Below are positions 1 through 16,759 of a stretch of DNA of 64,000 nucleotides, one piece after another. The translations under genes were made by a program, and so were the position numbers. This stretch comes from the human T2T-CHM13v2.0 reference genome, Homo sapiens. The notes under the pieces are model-generated. The model was given only the letters and a program-made list of their open reading frames with translations, had not been told where the DNA came from and did no database searches. Each line of letters starts with the position of its first letter. Positions within the stretch are counted from its first letter, which is position 1. The stretch lies in assembly GCF_009914755.1 (NCBI RefSeq), contig NC_060932.1; one strand, 5' to 3'.

Positions 1-167
1 CCTTCTGATTCCTTGATTTTAGCCCATTGAGACCTGTTTCAGATTCTGGACTACAAAAGATAATAAAGTAATATAATATTATAAAGTAAAAAGATTATAA
101 AGTAATAAAGTAATATAAGTTTTGGTAATTTGCTAGAACACTGAAATAGCAACAGGAAATAAATACA
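1..167 (+). mobile_element. 3' remnant of an MLT1-type MaLR LTR
   Basis: ccttgattttagccc..tgagacc..ttcagattctgg..tttggtaatttg..aggaaataaataca resembles MLT1 LTR ends. Confidence 0.55.
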
Positions 168-1678
168 CTACTTTTTCTACTTATTGAATGCCATCTATGT
201 TTTTCACATGTGTATCAAATTAAAGATTACTGTTACCTGCTTTTGATAAATTGAAGGTTGACTAAGATAGCACAGCTAATAAGTTTCTGAAAAGTGCAAC
301 TTTCCTTTTGTAAACACTTGAGGAAGAAATTGCCACACCTAGATATGGGTGGGGTGGAGAAGAAAGAGGACTAAATCATGAAACACAGCATCATGCATCC
401 TATATTTCTTCCTACATTTTATGATAAAGCTTATTTCTGAATTTAAACTCATTAAACAGTATGCATTTTGACTGCATGATTTCAGAGTGGTATGGTCAGA
501 GCATAAATACACTAAGTCCCAGCTCTGAGTTTAATTAGTTGATCATTCTGAGTATCTTCCTATATCTAATAGGGATAGCATCAGATTAGATTAATAAATA
601 TAAAAAATTGAAGTGACAAATATTGTCATATACATAGTATTACTGTTTTGTAGGCTTTAGAATATTTCTTTAATATATTTGCCTTTTTCGACACATTGAA
701 AATTTTGCGAAATCGTTTTCACTCTGCCAGTTGATATTCTGAGTCAGTGCACAAGAAAAACAAAAGACTTTCCTGAGTGAATTTGTGATACATAGATGTC
801 CTTCACATGCACTTTTTCAGTTCATCAACTTCCATAAATCTGTCTATTTGCAATGTAATATTCATTCCTCTTTTAACAGAAAACTTTCCTTAAGATGTGA
901 TCCACAGTTCCTTATCTCTTAAAATAAAATAGACTTGCCGCACAACATGTAGCTGTTTTCTGAGATCCCATATTGTTTGCCTGGCAAAGTAGTTTACATC
1001 TTTATTATTGAATTTTAAGGATAGGAAATCCCCATTTCACTTCTTGAGATATAGGGACTAAAACACATATAAACAGAATTCAAGTAGCCTTTTCAAATAT
1101 TCTGGAGACAATTTTTTCACCTAGAAGAGCTAGTTCAAGGAACAACCTAGACAATCACACTTGACATTAAGGAAAGTACTCTTCCACTGAGCATGTGCAA
1201 TTCCACCTCACCTAGCTACATAAGCACTAATGATCATTCAGGCCACCAGGGATGGTACTAAAAACCAAGTAACAGGAAAAGGAGGTGATATATCAGACTA
1301 CAACTGTCTGTTGGTCGAACTGCATCACAAGCATTACAAATATAGAATTCCTGGATCCATCTCAAAGTCTATGTTCATCCTAAGGCTTATTCACCTGCCT
1401 GTAGACACATGGAAACTTCTCCAGAGTAGCTCTGTCTAGCATAGTGGCAAGTCTCCAGGTTATTAGGACTCTGTGGTATTACATGATGAAGTAGGATCAT
1501 GATACAAATGCTATTGAGCTTTTTTTCAGAGCTCTGAAAATAATACTCTGAAATTACAGTTTAAAATATAAAACTGTACTTGGCCTAACGCATGCTGATG
1601 TACATAGAAGTTGGGCTTCATCAACCTCAAGCATGAAAAGTCCCTTGGGAGTTGAATAGATAGGAGAGTTTAGAGCTA

Positions 1679-2068
<390 letters not shown>

Positions 2069-2618
2069 CTAGGAAATACCAATTTAGCTAATATGAATGA
2101 TATTTAGAGCTTTTAAATCACACTTTAAGGAAAGAGTTGATTCTTCATGATTATGAAATATTTATCACATGAATTCCTAGGCTAGAGACTACACACAAGA
2201 GAGTAGCAGTCATACAATACACTTTAATTTATTTTGTGAAAGTATCGTTTGATCAAATGCTTTCTTAGGATTCTGCCAATATGTGTGAACCTGTTTTAAT
2301 CTTTTTCATTGTGTCTACCTGTAGTGAACAGTGGAAAAATCCAAGTGGAATGAGAGTAAAAGGCAGCTCACTTTCCTTATTGTGAAGTTGAATCTCCAGG
2401 GGTACTCACTCCACAAGAATGAGCCTTCTTTCTTAGCTCTTCTTTGGGCAGATGCTTATCCTATAGACCAGTTTGGTCAGATACCAAGGAATATATTTAG
2501 TCACCTGAAGTTTTCATAGCTCTTTAGTTTTATGTGTAAATTAATGTTTACAATTAAGAATAAGTGTTATGAACAATTATGAAGAATGCCACATGAAGCA
2601 TTATTCATCATATATGGG

Positions 2619-5133
<2,515 letters not shown>

Positions 5134-5979
5134 ATGTGTCAATAAGAAACATTGTATTTTAAAGGCACTCCCATTTGTCTCTATATACATTGCTTGAGGA
5201 TGAAATAAGCAAGCAGGGACATTTCTTGCGTTACTGGGAGTATAGGTAGTTAATGCGGGGCATGGCTAATGATTCATAGACTTGCAGAAAATGTTATTTT
5301 CACCTTGGAGCCTCATAAGAAAACACCTGACTCTGCAGGAAGAATTTTAAAACATGCCCCTTCCTCCTTGCCATGACATACAAAATATAGACACATAACA
5401 TTCAGCCCATTCCAACCTCTCTTAGATATACTTCATATGGTCAAATAACACTAATATTTTATTCAATAACCATACTGAAGACTTTGAAGTTTTTTACAAT
5501 TTGATTCTTAAAGGTGTAATCTAATAAAACAGTTATAATGACTGTGAAATATTTTTCATGCAGCACCTAGCATGAGCTAGGGTTTCATTCCTCAATTGCA
5601 ACTACAATGTTTCCTGTGCTGTGCCACTCAGCAAGGCTATTTCAATGGTTTCTTCAATATACATGAAAATCATGCCTCATTTTAATTTTTTGGTATTTTT
5701 GAACCATGCTTTCGTTATGTATATGATTTGGTTTCTTTTCCTTCTTACTTCCCTCCTCTCCTCCTTCTTTCTTTCCTGCCTTCTTTTCTTCCTTTTTATT
5801 AAGATCCTGATTGCCTTTACTTTGTAACTTTTTAATACAAGATATTTATTTTCATCCTATTCTTTATAGTGTACAGATTCTTACCTACTTTAGCTTTCTT
5901 TTAGAAATAATTCCACTGTTCTTTTTTTAAGTGTCTAAGATTTTCAAGTTTTATTTTATTTTGTTCATTCTTTTTAAGC

Positions 5980-8552
5980 TTTTAATTTTTAATTTTGTGG
6001 GTACATAGTAGGTGTATAGACTTATGGGGTACATGTGATTTTATGATAAAGGCTTGCAATGTGTGATAATCACATCAAGATAAATGGGGTATCCATCATC
6101 TCAAGCATTCATTCTTGTTGTTACAAACAATCTAATTATACTTTTGTAGCTATTTTAAAATGTACAATTAAATTATTACTTACAGTCACCCTGTTGTATT
6201 ATCAAATACTAGACCTTGTTCATACTTTCTATTTTTGTTGTACTCATTAACCTCTCCACTTCCTCCAACCCCTACTACCCTTCTCAGCCTCCGGAAGCTA
6301 TCATTCTGCTCTCTGTCTCCATGAGTTCAATTGTTTTTATGTTTAGCTCCACAAGTAAGTGAGAACATGTGAAGTTTGTCTTTCTGTGCCTGGCTTATTT
6401 CACTTAACATAATGACCTCTAGTTCTGTCCATGCTCTGGCAAATGACAGGATACAAATGACAGGATCTTATTCTTTTTATGGTTAAATAGTACTCCATTG
6501 TGTATATGTGCCACATTTTCTTTATCCTTTCATCTGTTAATGGACAGAGGTTGCTTCCAAATCTTGGCTATTGTGAATAGTGCTGCAATAAACGTGGGAG
6601 TACAGATATCACTTCGATATACTGATTTCCTTTCTTTTGGGTATAAACCTATAAGTGAGATTGCTGGATCATATGGTAGCTCTATTTTTAGTTTTTTGCA
6701 TTTATTTTATTTAGTTTATTTTAACAAAAATAACAAAATTGGAGGAATCACATTACCTGACTTCAAATTATATTACAGAGCTATAGTAACTGAAACAGCG
6801 TGGCACTGGCATAAAAACAGACACATAGATTAATGGAACAGCATAAAGAACCCAGAAATAAATTCAAACCGTTCTCCATAGTGGTTGTAATGATTTATGT
6901 TTCCACCAACAGTGTACAGGGTTTCCCTTTTCTCTACACCCTTGCCAGCATTTGCTATTGCCTGTTTTTTGGATATAAGCCATTTTAACTGAGGTGAGAT
7001 CATATCTTATTGTAGTTTTGGTTTGCATTTCTCTGATGATCAGTAATGTTGACCACCTTTTTATATACCTGTTGGCCATTTATATGTCTTCTTTCAAGAA
7101 GTAACTCAAAAACCATATGATCATTTCAATTAATGCTGAAAAGGCATTTGATAAAATTCAACATCCCTTCAGGATAAAAACCTTTAAAAAAAAAACTGGG
7201 TGTAGAAGGAATTACCTCAACAAATAAAAGCCATATACAATGGACCAACAGCTAGTATCATACTGAATAGGGAGAAACTGAAAGTGTTTCCTCTAAAACC
7301 TGGAACTCAACAAGCATGCCCACTTTCATTACTGTTATTCAGCATAGTACCAGAAGTACTAACTAGAGCAATCAGATAAGAGAAGGAAATAAAAGGCATC
7401 AAATTGGGAAGGAAGAAGTCAAATTAGCCTTGTTTGCAGATGATATGATTTTATATTTGGGAAAACCTAAAGACTCCACCAAAAATATAAGAACTGACAA
7501 ACAAATTTAGTAAAGTTGCAGGATACAAAATCAACATACAAAAATCAGTAGCATTTCTGTATGCCAACAGCAAACAATCTAAAAAAGAAACCCAGAAAGT
7601 AATCCCATTTATAATAGCTACAAATAAAATTAAATGCCTAGGAATTAACCAAAAATGTGAAAGATCTCAGCAATAAAAACTATAAAACATTGATGAAAGA
7701 AATTTTAAGAGGACACCAAAAAATGGAAAGATATTCCATGTTTATGGATTGAAAGAATCAATATTGTTAAAATGTCTACACTACCCAAGGCAATCCACAG
7801 ATCTGAGGTGCTCTCTACCAAAATACCAATGACATGCTTCACAGAAATAGAAAAAACAATCTTAAAATTTATATGTAGTCACAAAACACCCAGAATATCC
7901 AAAGCTATCCTTAACAAAAATAACAAAATTGGAGGAATCACATTACCTGACTTCAAATTGTACTACAGAGCTATAGTAACTGAAACAGCATGGCACTGAC
8001 ATAAAAACAGACACATAGATTAATGGAACAGCATAGAGAATCCAGAAATAAACTTATATATCTAAAGTGAACGAATTTTTTGACAAAGATGCTAAAACCA
8101 TAAATTGGGGAAAGGACAATCTTTTCAATAAATGGGTCTGGGAAAACTGAGTATCCATATGCAGAAGAATGAAACTGGACTCATATCTCTTGCCATATAC
8201 AAACATTAAATCAAAATAGATTTAAGGCCTAAATCTAAGACCTCAAACTATAAAACTACTAGAAGACAACACTAGGGAAACTCTCCAGGTCATTGGACTG
8301 GGCGGATTTCTTTAGGAATATCCCACAAGCACAGGCAACCAAACCAAAAATTGACAAATGGGATCACATCGAGTTAAAAAGCTTCTGCACAGCATAGGGA
8401 ACAATCAACAAAGTGGAGGGACAACTCTCAGAATGGGAGAAAAAAATTGCAAACTACCCATCTGACAAAGGGTTAATAAATCAGAATATATAAGGAACTC
8501 AAACATCTCTATTAAAAAATCTAATAATCTGATCAGAAAATGAGCAAAAGAT
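5980..8552 (-). mobile_element. 5'-truncated L1 (L1PB/L1MA-type) with 5' inversion: 3' end on - at about 5980-7100, ORF2 segment on + at about 7105-8552
   Basis: L1 3'UTR and ORF2 end on -, ORF2 peptides on + (MSTLPKAI..., [16 protein letters not shown]). The + segment ends at aaatgagcaaaagat, a few bases before where the - segment begins in L1 coordinates, as expected for twin priming. Confidence 0.9.
6721..6862 (+). repeat. Direct duplicate of 7911-8052 inserted in the inverted L1 arm
   Basis: 142 bp with 6 mismatches counted, offset 1190 bp. Confidence 0.96.
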
Positions 8553-8824
8553 GCATTTTTCTTTAGGTCTGCTGATTTCACCTTCTCTGGAGCATCTTAC
8601 TGCCTTTAGATTTTCTTTATTTCTCTACTTTTTTTAAAACTCAAGTTCTGTAAAGGTCTCATTCATTCTCTTCGCTTGGGCATCTCTGCAGAGATCCTCT
8701 TTCAGTCCTCTACCCTTCTGCCCTCATCTGGACCGAATGCTTTCTATTTATGCTACATTACAATTTAGTGACTTCCTTCCACTGCTTTTCTGAATCGCAA
8801 CCACTGTTTTCTAGGTGCCATATT

Positions 8825-9030
8825 CAGTGGTGTGCAGGTAAAAATTTAACATAGGTTCTCGAAACATGCATATAAACAAATTCTAATTTTCAGCATTTTC
8901 TGATTTCCATTTTGCAAATATTCCCATCATGGCAGACATCAAGTTCCCAACTTAAGTTCACTGACCATAGAATGGGGAAGGGATGCCTCCTGCCCCCTCA
9001 ACCAAGGCTAGCATCTCCCCAACACCACAG
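8825..9030. mobile_element. MER63-like hAT DNA transposon remnant
   Basis: Degenerate terminal inverted repeats cagtggtgtgcagg ... ccaacaccacag. Confidence 0.55.
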
Positions 9031-11009
9031 ATTAGAGCCATTTTAACAGAGATATTTCTAAAGAACATTCATCCATTTTCTGACTTAACAAAGCAACTTG
9101 GATATAATTTCATCTTATTTGGGGTCTCTGGGTCATTATTATAAATATTACAGTCAAGGGCAAAAAGTGGTGTCTCTAGAGATTATGACATTTAGAGAGA
9201 AAATATTAGCCAGTAAACAAAATGGCTAAATAACTAAAATGGAAGTTAGATAGAATAATTAGGTAAAAAATACAATGGTGCTTTGTTTATTTTTGAAGCC
9301 TTGTTGTTTTTAGTTACCTTTTCAAATTTATAATACTCAAATCTAGTTTTCACAGTTTGTTTAGTTGTTACAGCTGCCCTTCTCTGTATTCTCGATATGC
9401 TCCCTTCTCTGTTTTTCATGACTTTTTATTTGTGCTCTTATTTCTTCCCACCTCAATTCATTTTTTTAAGTTCTCAGGGAATAAATATTAATAAATAGAG
9501 AGAGTGCCTTGAATATAAAATGCATATTTTCTCATAAGTGGCATTAATTTGGCTTCCCTTTCATTACCTGTGTTTTCTTTAATATCATAAAAGAGAATGT
9601 TATCCATGCATCTACTGACAGAAAAGAAAATGAGTTTTTCTCTTTGAAAGTTCACCTTAAAGCTTTTTGTCATGCACAACTGCTTTAAAATAGCGTGGGT
9701 GTTTTTTTGTTGTTTTTTTTTTTGGTTTTTTTTTTTGTTTGTTTTTCTGAATGAATGGCCTGCAGCTGCTCTTCAGGGTTTCCTTTTTTTTTTTTTTTTT
9801 AGTATTTTAGTTATGTTTGGACATTTAAAAAATACATATTTGTATCACTGATGGCCCTATAAATAAAATGCTGCATAGAAAAGTTCCCAGGAACTAATTT
9901 TTAGAGAAAGGTTCCTGGGGACTAATTAGAGTCACAAGCAGAGACAAGCAGGAGGTTGAAAACACTGTGTTGCTTCTTATCTTGCTCTGATATTTTGCGT
10001 TTTAGCCATGTCTGAACATTTATGGATTCAAGAGATGAATCCTGAATGTATCCTGAATCATATCACTCCATGATCAGGAAATACCCGTGAAATGAATGTG
10101 GATCTGTTGTGGTTTTCTTTAGGCTTCGCTCTCTTCTCTTTTCCGCCACCGCTTGCTGAAGGCAAATCTTAACCAAGGTAAATTCAGCTTACTGGATAGA
10201 GGACATTTCTTTATGTCCAAGGAAATTAAAGCTATTCAAGCATACACCTGCCACATAACTAGAAAAATACCCAGGGAGCCATTTTCATTTCAAAGCTGCA
10301 GTTTCCAGTGCCATCAGTATGGCTAATCACTGGATCATTTTATTAGAATTACTATTTTATCAATACAAAACTAGAAAAATGCCTGAAAAGTATAATGATT
10401 TGTGTCCAAATACAGCAGGTGATATTGTAAAATTTTTCAATGTAGAATACAAGAAATACTGTTAGAACATAATAATGGCATTTTTGGTATTCACTGGACC
10501 ATATGAAATGCATCTGTTTCATCATAAATTGTTGTGTATATATTGACACACTTTATAATTGTTTTAAAAAGTAGATGTATGTAATACAAATATAATAAAC
10601 TCTGGCATGTCTAAAATTGTAATGACCTCATAATTTCTGTCTGGTATTCTAAAAGGATGCTATCTAATCCAAGATAAATTTTCTTGTAGGTATATGATCT
10701 CAGTAAAATGTGATTCAAGGGGGTTAACTCTAGTTTTAGATCAGAGTCTTGAGCCCAGAGTAAGTAAATGAGTAAGCTTCGTTTTGAACAGGTGGTTAGT
10801 CATTATCACCACTGGCAATCTTAGGAAAGGAAAAGAAAGAGACAAGATTTGGCTAACGTATATTTCACACAAGAAAGCAGGGATAGGTAGAAGGTTTTTT
10901 TTGTTTTTTGTTTTTTTCCAAAATGGTACTAGTTCTAGTGTCACAAGCCTGGAGTTCTTTGTTTTTGATCCAATTATGTTATACTAAGCCAATCGTTTTA
11001 TTAAAAATA

Positions 11010-11465
11010 ATGATATGAAATAAGCCAATCACAGAAAGACAAAGTTCACATGTTCTCCCACTTATTTGTGGGAGCAAAAATTTAAAACAATTGAACTCAT
11101 GGAGATAGAGAGTAGAATGATGGTTACCAGAGGCTGGGAAGGGGAGCGAGGAAAAGATAAAATGAGGATGGTTAATAAATGCAAAAATAGAGGTAGATAG
11201 AATGAATAAGATCCGGTATTTGATAGCACAATGGGGTGACTATAGTCAACAATAATTTATCACATATTTTAAAACAATTAAAATAGTGGAATTGGAATGT
11301 TCCTAACAAAAAGAAAAGAGGAATGTTTAAGGTGATGGATACTCTACTTACCCTGCTGTGATTATTACATATGTATGCCTATATTAAGACATCACATGTA
11401 CCCCATAAATATATATACCTATGATGTACCCCTCATAATTAAACATAATTTTTAATATAAAAATA
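11010..11465 (+). mobile_element. L1MA-type 3' end fragment
   Basis: gaaataagcca..cacagaaagacaaa..catgttctc..gaactcatggagatagagagtagaatgatggttaccagaggctgggaagg, ending A-rich. Confidence 0.85.
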
Positions 11466-11784
11466 ACAATGATAAACTTAAAACATAAAAAATCTGTCTG
11501 GATTTTCTACTGTAGAAAATGATTTAAGAGGTGTACCTCTCACTCTCCAGATAGATTTAAAATCTAATTATACTTGAAGTTATAATGCTTAAAACTATCT
11601 TAGTATATTTTGAGAGAAGGTGCATAAAACAGCACATGAAATAAGAATGAAAATTCTAATAATAACGGTGACAAAAAGTGTGATTGAAGTTGAATATGCA
11701 GACTCCTCCAGCCATGAGATAAAGATTAAAATAGTATGATGATGCTTGGATTCAATGCTAATGAACTTTCTTTTTTTGTTGTAG

Positions 11785-11973
<189 letters not shown>

Positions 11974-13054
11974 TAAGAATATAAATAAAATATTTCTAAG
12001 TGGCCCCTTCTGATATAATGTGGCATTGCTTTTCTAGCCCTCAAATGTTAAATTTTGTTAAGAAGTGATTATCTGTGGAAAATACAAAATAATGAATGTT
12101 GTACAGTCAGATCAAAACAACATGCTCAAAAGTGTATGATGACATGGTGTCACTCACAACGTAACTGAATTCAAGTTTTACAAGGAAATTCAAAATAGTG
12201 GTTGGATAGAGTAGGAGGTCTGCTTGTAGTCTTGGTAATAGGATAGTTAGATGCAATGTACATTAACCATTAATTTATCATAACTTTCAGTGACATTTGT
12301 CACTAACTCCAAAAAACAAATCTTTCTAGCATAATTGTTTAGTCACTGAAAACAATAATGTATTTTAATTTTAATTGATTTAGGACATTACAAGTGCATG
12401 TATGGATGGATATTTGGTACACATCCCTAACATTTCATACTGATTGATATTGAATATTTCTCTGTTTGTCAAGATGAATTTGAAACATATATCCAAAACT
12501 TGGTCAGCACACACTCCATTATAGGACAGTTTAATGAGGTGTATGCTGTGACCCACAATCTAATGGAAGTTATTCACAGTAATTAGTTGTCTTTTCTATA
12601 ACATAAAAGAGTTCATTACTATAGGCTACCATGTGAGAAGGTTGTGAGAAATAATAAGCATATATACGTATTGTAAGTTGGAGTAACATACTTTAAAATG
12701 TTCATTAAGCCTGAATAAATATACAGTGTTCAGTAGAATTACTAGATATTTTCTTGGGATACACTGATATTGCCTCCCTAGAAGAAAATCATAGACTTAA
12801 AAACATGCCATCTTTCCATTTTGACATAATCTAATTCCACCTGTGGAAAATAATAAAGTTATAATTTTTCTCTGTTAATCCATTCTCTATTTTGATTTTT
12901 AAACTTGGCTTTTTTATTTCTTTCACCATTTCACAGAGATATAGATAACTGAATAGACTGCATTCCAATGGCCTTGGGAGCATTTGATAGCTCTCAATTT
13001 GCTGCCAGGGTTAAACAATTTCTGCTTTACTTTCCTTCTCTTAGAAATAGCCTC

Positions 13055-13420
13055 AACCAGGTACGGTGGCTCACATCTGTAGTCCCAGCACTTTGGGAGG
13101 CTGAGGCAGGAGGATTGCTTGAGCTCAGGAGTTCAAGAGCAGCTAGGGTTTATATATATATATATATATATATAGAAATCCAGTGTCTACAAAAAAATAC
13201 AAAAAGTAGCCAGACATTGGGGGGCCTGTGGTCCCAGCTACTTGGGGGGCCGAGGCAGGAGGATCGCTTGAACCCAGGAGATCAAAGCTGCAGTAAGCCA
13301 TGATCATGCCACTCCACTCCAGCCTAGGCAACAGAGAGAAACCTTGTCTCAAAAAAATATAAAATAAAATAAAATAAAATAAAATAAAATAAAATAAAAT
13401 AAAATAAAATAAAATAAAAA
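13055..13420 (+). mobile_element. AluJ-type element with internal (TA)n and a (TAAAA)n tail
   Basis: J-type diagnostic ggaggattgcttgagc and catgatcatgccact. tagcctc on both flanks. Confidence 0.92.
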
Positions 13421-13947
13421 TACATTAGCCTCTGCTAAGTAACTACACAATCTCCTAGAAGGGGGTTTCATGGAGTTGGACTTGAGGCCTAAGATGCTTT
13501 CATAACATGCATAATCAAGCTATTATCAAATTCTAAATGTGTTCTAGTTTGTTACTATGAATATAGAGCAGTTTTACTCATTACAGACTTTTTGTTTTAT
13601 GATATTGGTATTCTGCTGCGAAACAAAATACCTGGTGGCTTTGAAACCATAGATGGCTTCCAGAGAATGAAGCTATAGGTAAACACCAGTGACATTTAGT
13701 CCTGGTGATTTTACCCTCTAAATGTTAACCGTATGCACTATTCACATAACTGCTGCCTTTGTTGAGGCTTACGCCTTCTCTCTTCTATAGATAGACTTTG
13801 CCTCTTATTTTCTACCTTTCTCCCTTCCAATTTGCTCTTTGTACTTTTCTTAAATTACTGGCTTAAAACCACCACTGGGTCCTTAGCTGGATAAGATCTA
13901 AGAATATTCTTGCCTGATGTACTTGACCAAACTCATATCTAACCATT

Positions 13948-14410
13948 CTTCCTTTTTTCCTTCCTTTGTCCCCCACCTTCCTCCCTCCCTCCATCCATCC
14001 GTTCTTTCCTTCCTTCCTCCCTCCCTCCCTCCCTTTCTCCCACCTATCCTCCCTCCCTTCCTTCTATCCTTTCTCCCTCCCTTCCTTCTTTCCTTCCTTC
14101 CCTCTTTCCTTTTTTCCTTCCTCCCTCCCACCTATCCTCCCTCCCTTCCTTCTATCCTTTCTCCCTCCCTTCCTTCTTTCCTTCCTTCCCTCTTTCCTTT
14201 TTTCCTTCCTTCCTCCCACCCATCCTCACTCCCTTCTTTCCTCCCTCCTTTCCTCCCTCCCTCTCTCCCTCCCTCCTTCTGTCTTTCCTTCCTTCTTTCC
14301 TTTTTCCTTCCTTCCTTTCTTCCTTCCTTCCTTCTTCTTTCCCTTCCTCTCCCCATCCTCTTTCCTTTACTCACTTCTTTCTTTTCTAACTTTCTTTCTC
14401 CCTTTTTTCT
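13948..14410 (+). repeat. Polypyrimidine (CCTT/CCCT)n low-complexity tract with an 88-bp higher-order duplication
   Basis: Almost pure C/T. cacctatcctccc recurs at 14041 and 14129, and a variant at 14217. Confidence 0.95.
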
Positions 14411-14414
14411 TCTA

Positions 14415-14950
14415 CTTATTAATTCAAGAGATATTTATTGAGCTTCTACCCTGTGTTTGGCCTTGTGTTAGGTGTGGACTATACTGGTGAGCAAAAACAG
14501 ACAGACACATTCTCTGTCTTCCTGGGTGCTTACCTTACAGTGCAATGAAGAGAGGTGTGCCTTTATCAAACAATTGTCCACATAAATGTTAAATTGCAAC
14601 TGCGATAAGTGATACGAAGGAGCACACTAGCCATGAGATGTCTAATGGGGTATCTGCCTGTAGCTGGGCAATGGGGTTAGGCACCCTGCAGGGAGCTGAG
14701 AGCTGAGGTCTGCTCTCAGTATGAGAGTGAGTCACGAGTATGAGACAAGTGCGAGAGTGAGTCCACAAGGGAACAAGGGAGTGAAGGGGGGTCTGGGCCG
14801 GAGGCACCACAAGGTCCATAGAAGGGGGACTATCAGAGCAGTTCTGATTTACTCATTAAGCATCTATTGAGGACCTGTACTGTGCTAAGTTTGGAAAAAT
14901 AGGAAAGAATTCAAATGTCAGAGGCCCTGCTCTGCAGGCACTAACCATGT
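14415..14950. mobile_element. L2 fragments
   Basis: attcaagagatatttattgagc..., cattaagcatctattgaggacctgtactgtgc are L2 3'-end motifs. Confidence 0.6.
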
Positions 14951-16759
14951 AAGGAGTGAGGAGGCGCAGGTTCTGGGGCTCTCTAGAGGTGAGTAAATGG
15001 CAGTGAAGAGGAATGAGATCATCAGTGGGGCAAGGCCTAGGGGAAGGCCTGAGCCAGGTGTGGAGACCCAGGAGGGCTGAGAGTCTGCACACCTCAGTGT
15101 CATGGGCCTCCTGCTGCACCTGCCTCACCAGCCTCATGCTCTGGTAGCCTTGCCTGGTGTTTGTGTCCCGGTCTAGCAATATTTCCTCAGTCTCTCATGG
15201 ATACCTTCTTCCATACATGTTAATGGTGAATCACTCTCTGCTCCTTCACCTCTAGAGTGTCTTGAGTATGTTTTATAATTTGTTCATGTTTATGTCTTCT
15301 AGGCAAAGTGTTCTTTGAGAGCATAGAATGTAATTAGCGCTCAGTACATACTTATTGATTATTTTTCCTATCTAGTGTCCTACTAGTTCACAGAGTCCAC
15401 CCATGATGAAACTGCTGTCACTTCTCTGCTGGTACTTTTTCCTTTGCTTCCCTCTCTCCCTCCTCCCTCCTATGCGTAGAGGAAGGCAGTTTTAGGTCTT
15501 TCAGAATCTTCAAAGAAAAGCATCAACAAGACCAACAATCCATGTTTTTGCTCATCTTGATGGTCTCTTTTTATGGATTATGCCAACCAAGTCTCTCTCA
15601 TTTTATTTGCTATCTTATTCAGGATCCTCTCTCAGGAAGGGGAGAGAAAGAAAGCAACAAATTTGTGTGAAAGCTGTCCATGCATGTCATTAGGTTTCAT
15701 TCTCATAAATATCCTACAGGGCATGTATTAGCTTCTCTGATTTCCCAGATGAGAAAAGAGGTCAGAAAGATTGAGCGACTAGCCCAAGGAACACAGGTGG
15801 TAGTGGGCAGCAGAACTGGGTGTGTACTGGCCTGTGATTGTTAGGTTCAAGGAGCTGCTAGAGCATGATCTGTGCTTTGCTTTCACTGGCAGATTCCAGA
15901 TGATAATGTTACCATTGTCAGTATAAGTTGTGATATAGGAAACAGTCTTGGCCTACCTCCCAGTCAGATATTGTTACCTTTATGAAGCTCCAGATTACGT
16001 CTTATTCTAATATGGGTATAAATTATCTATTTGATAAAAGTACCTAAAGAATCATTAATCTATGAGTATGAGAAATCTGTTCACAAAAATTGCCTTTTAA
16101 AAAAGAGCATGTTGTTATTTGGGAAGGTTTTTTTTAATTCATTCTTGAGTTGTTGTCACAAATGCTTTGGTTTGAAGCTACAACTGGTGGCCTAGAATTA
16201 ATTCTGATATTTAAAAAAACTGAAAATGAATGTGGCATATGTCCCATTAGAGGCAGCAGCTTTTCAATGGCAGTGAGAAGAGTTCTGGAGCAGAAATCCA
16301 TACTGACTTTTCACTGTGAGGGGAAAGAGCTTTTTCATTGCAAGAGATTTTCTCTCAAAATTGCTTCTTCTATTTTTAGTATTGTCTTCCTTTATTGGCC
16401 AAACCACCACACAGATAGGTCAATTAAATTTAATCCATTTCAAAATAACAAACACTTTGGAGCACCAGGTATGTGCTAAGTGCTCACGCAGAGATTAATA
16501 AAATATGTATGTTCACTGAGACAATTTAATAGACCTCTAGTTTTACAAAAACACAGATAATTTACTGCCATTTTGGACAAGAGACAGGGTTCATCACAGC
16601 TGAGTTTAAGTAATTGATCACCTTTATGAAAATGTTTTGGGTAAAGGACCATGAGACTCAAGCTCACCAGTGACTAGCTTTTCCAAACTCTTAGAGTCTA
16701 AATCAAAGCTTATGAAAATTGTTTCTTTATCTACTTCTCCAGCACCTCCTGCATTCCCC

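Noticed and set aside
13898-14490. Longest ORFs in the track (174 aa, rich in P/S/F/L or G/R/K/E)
   Set aside because: They are translations of a C/T simple repeat that cannot form stop codons.
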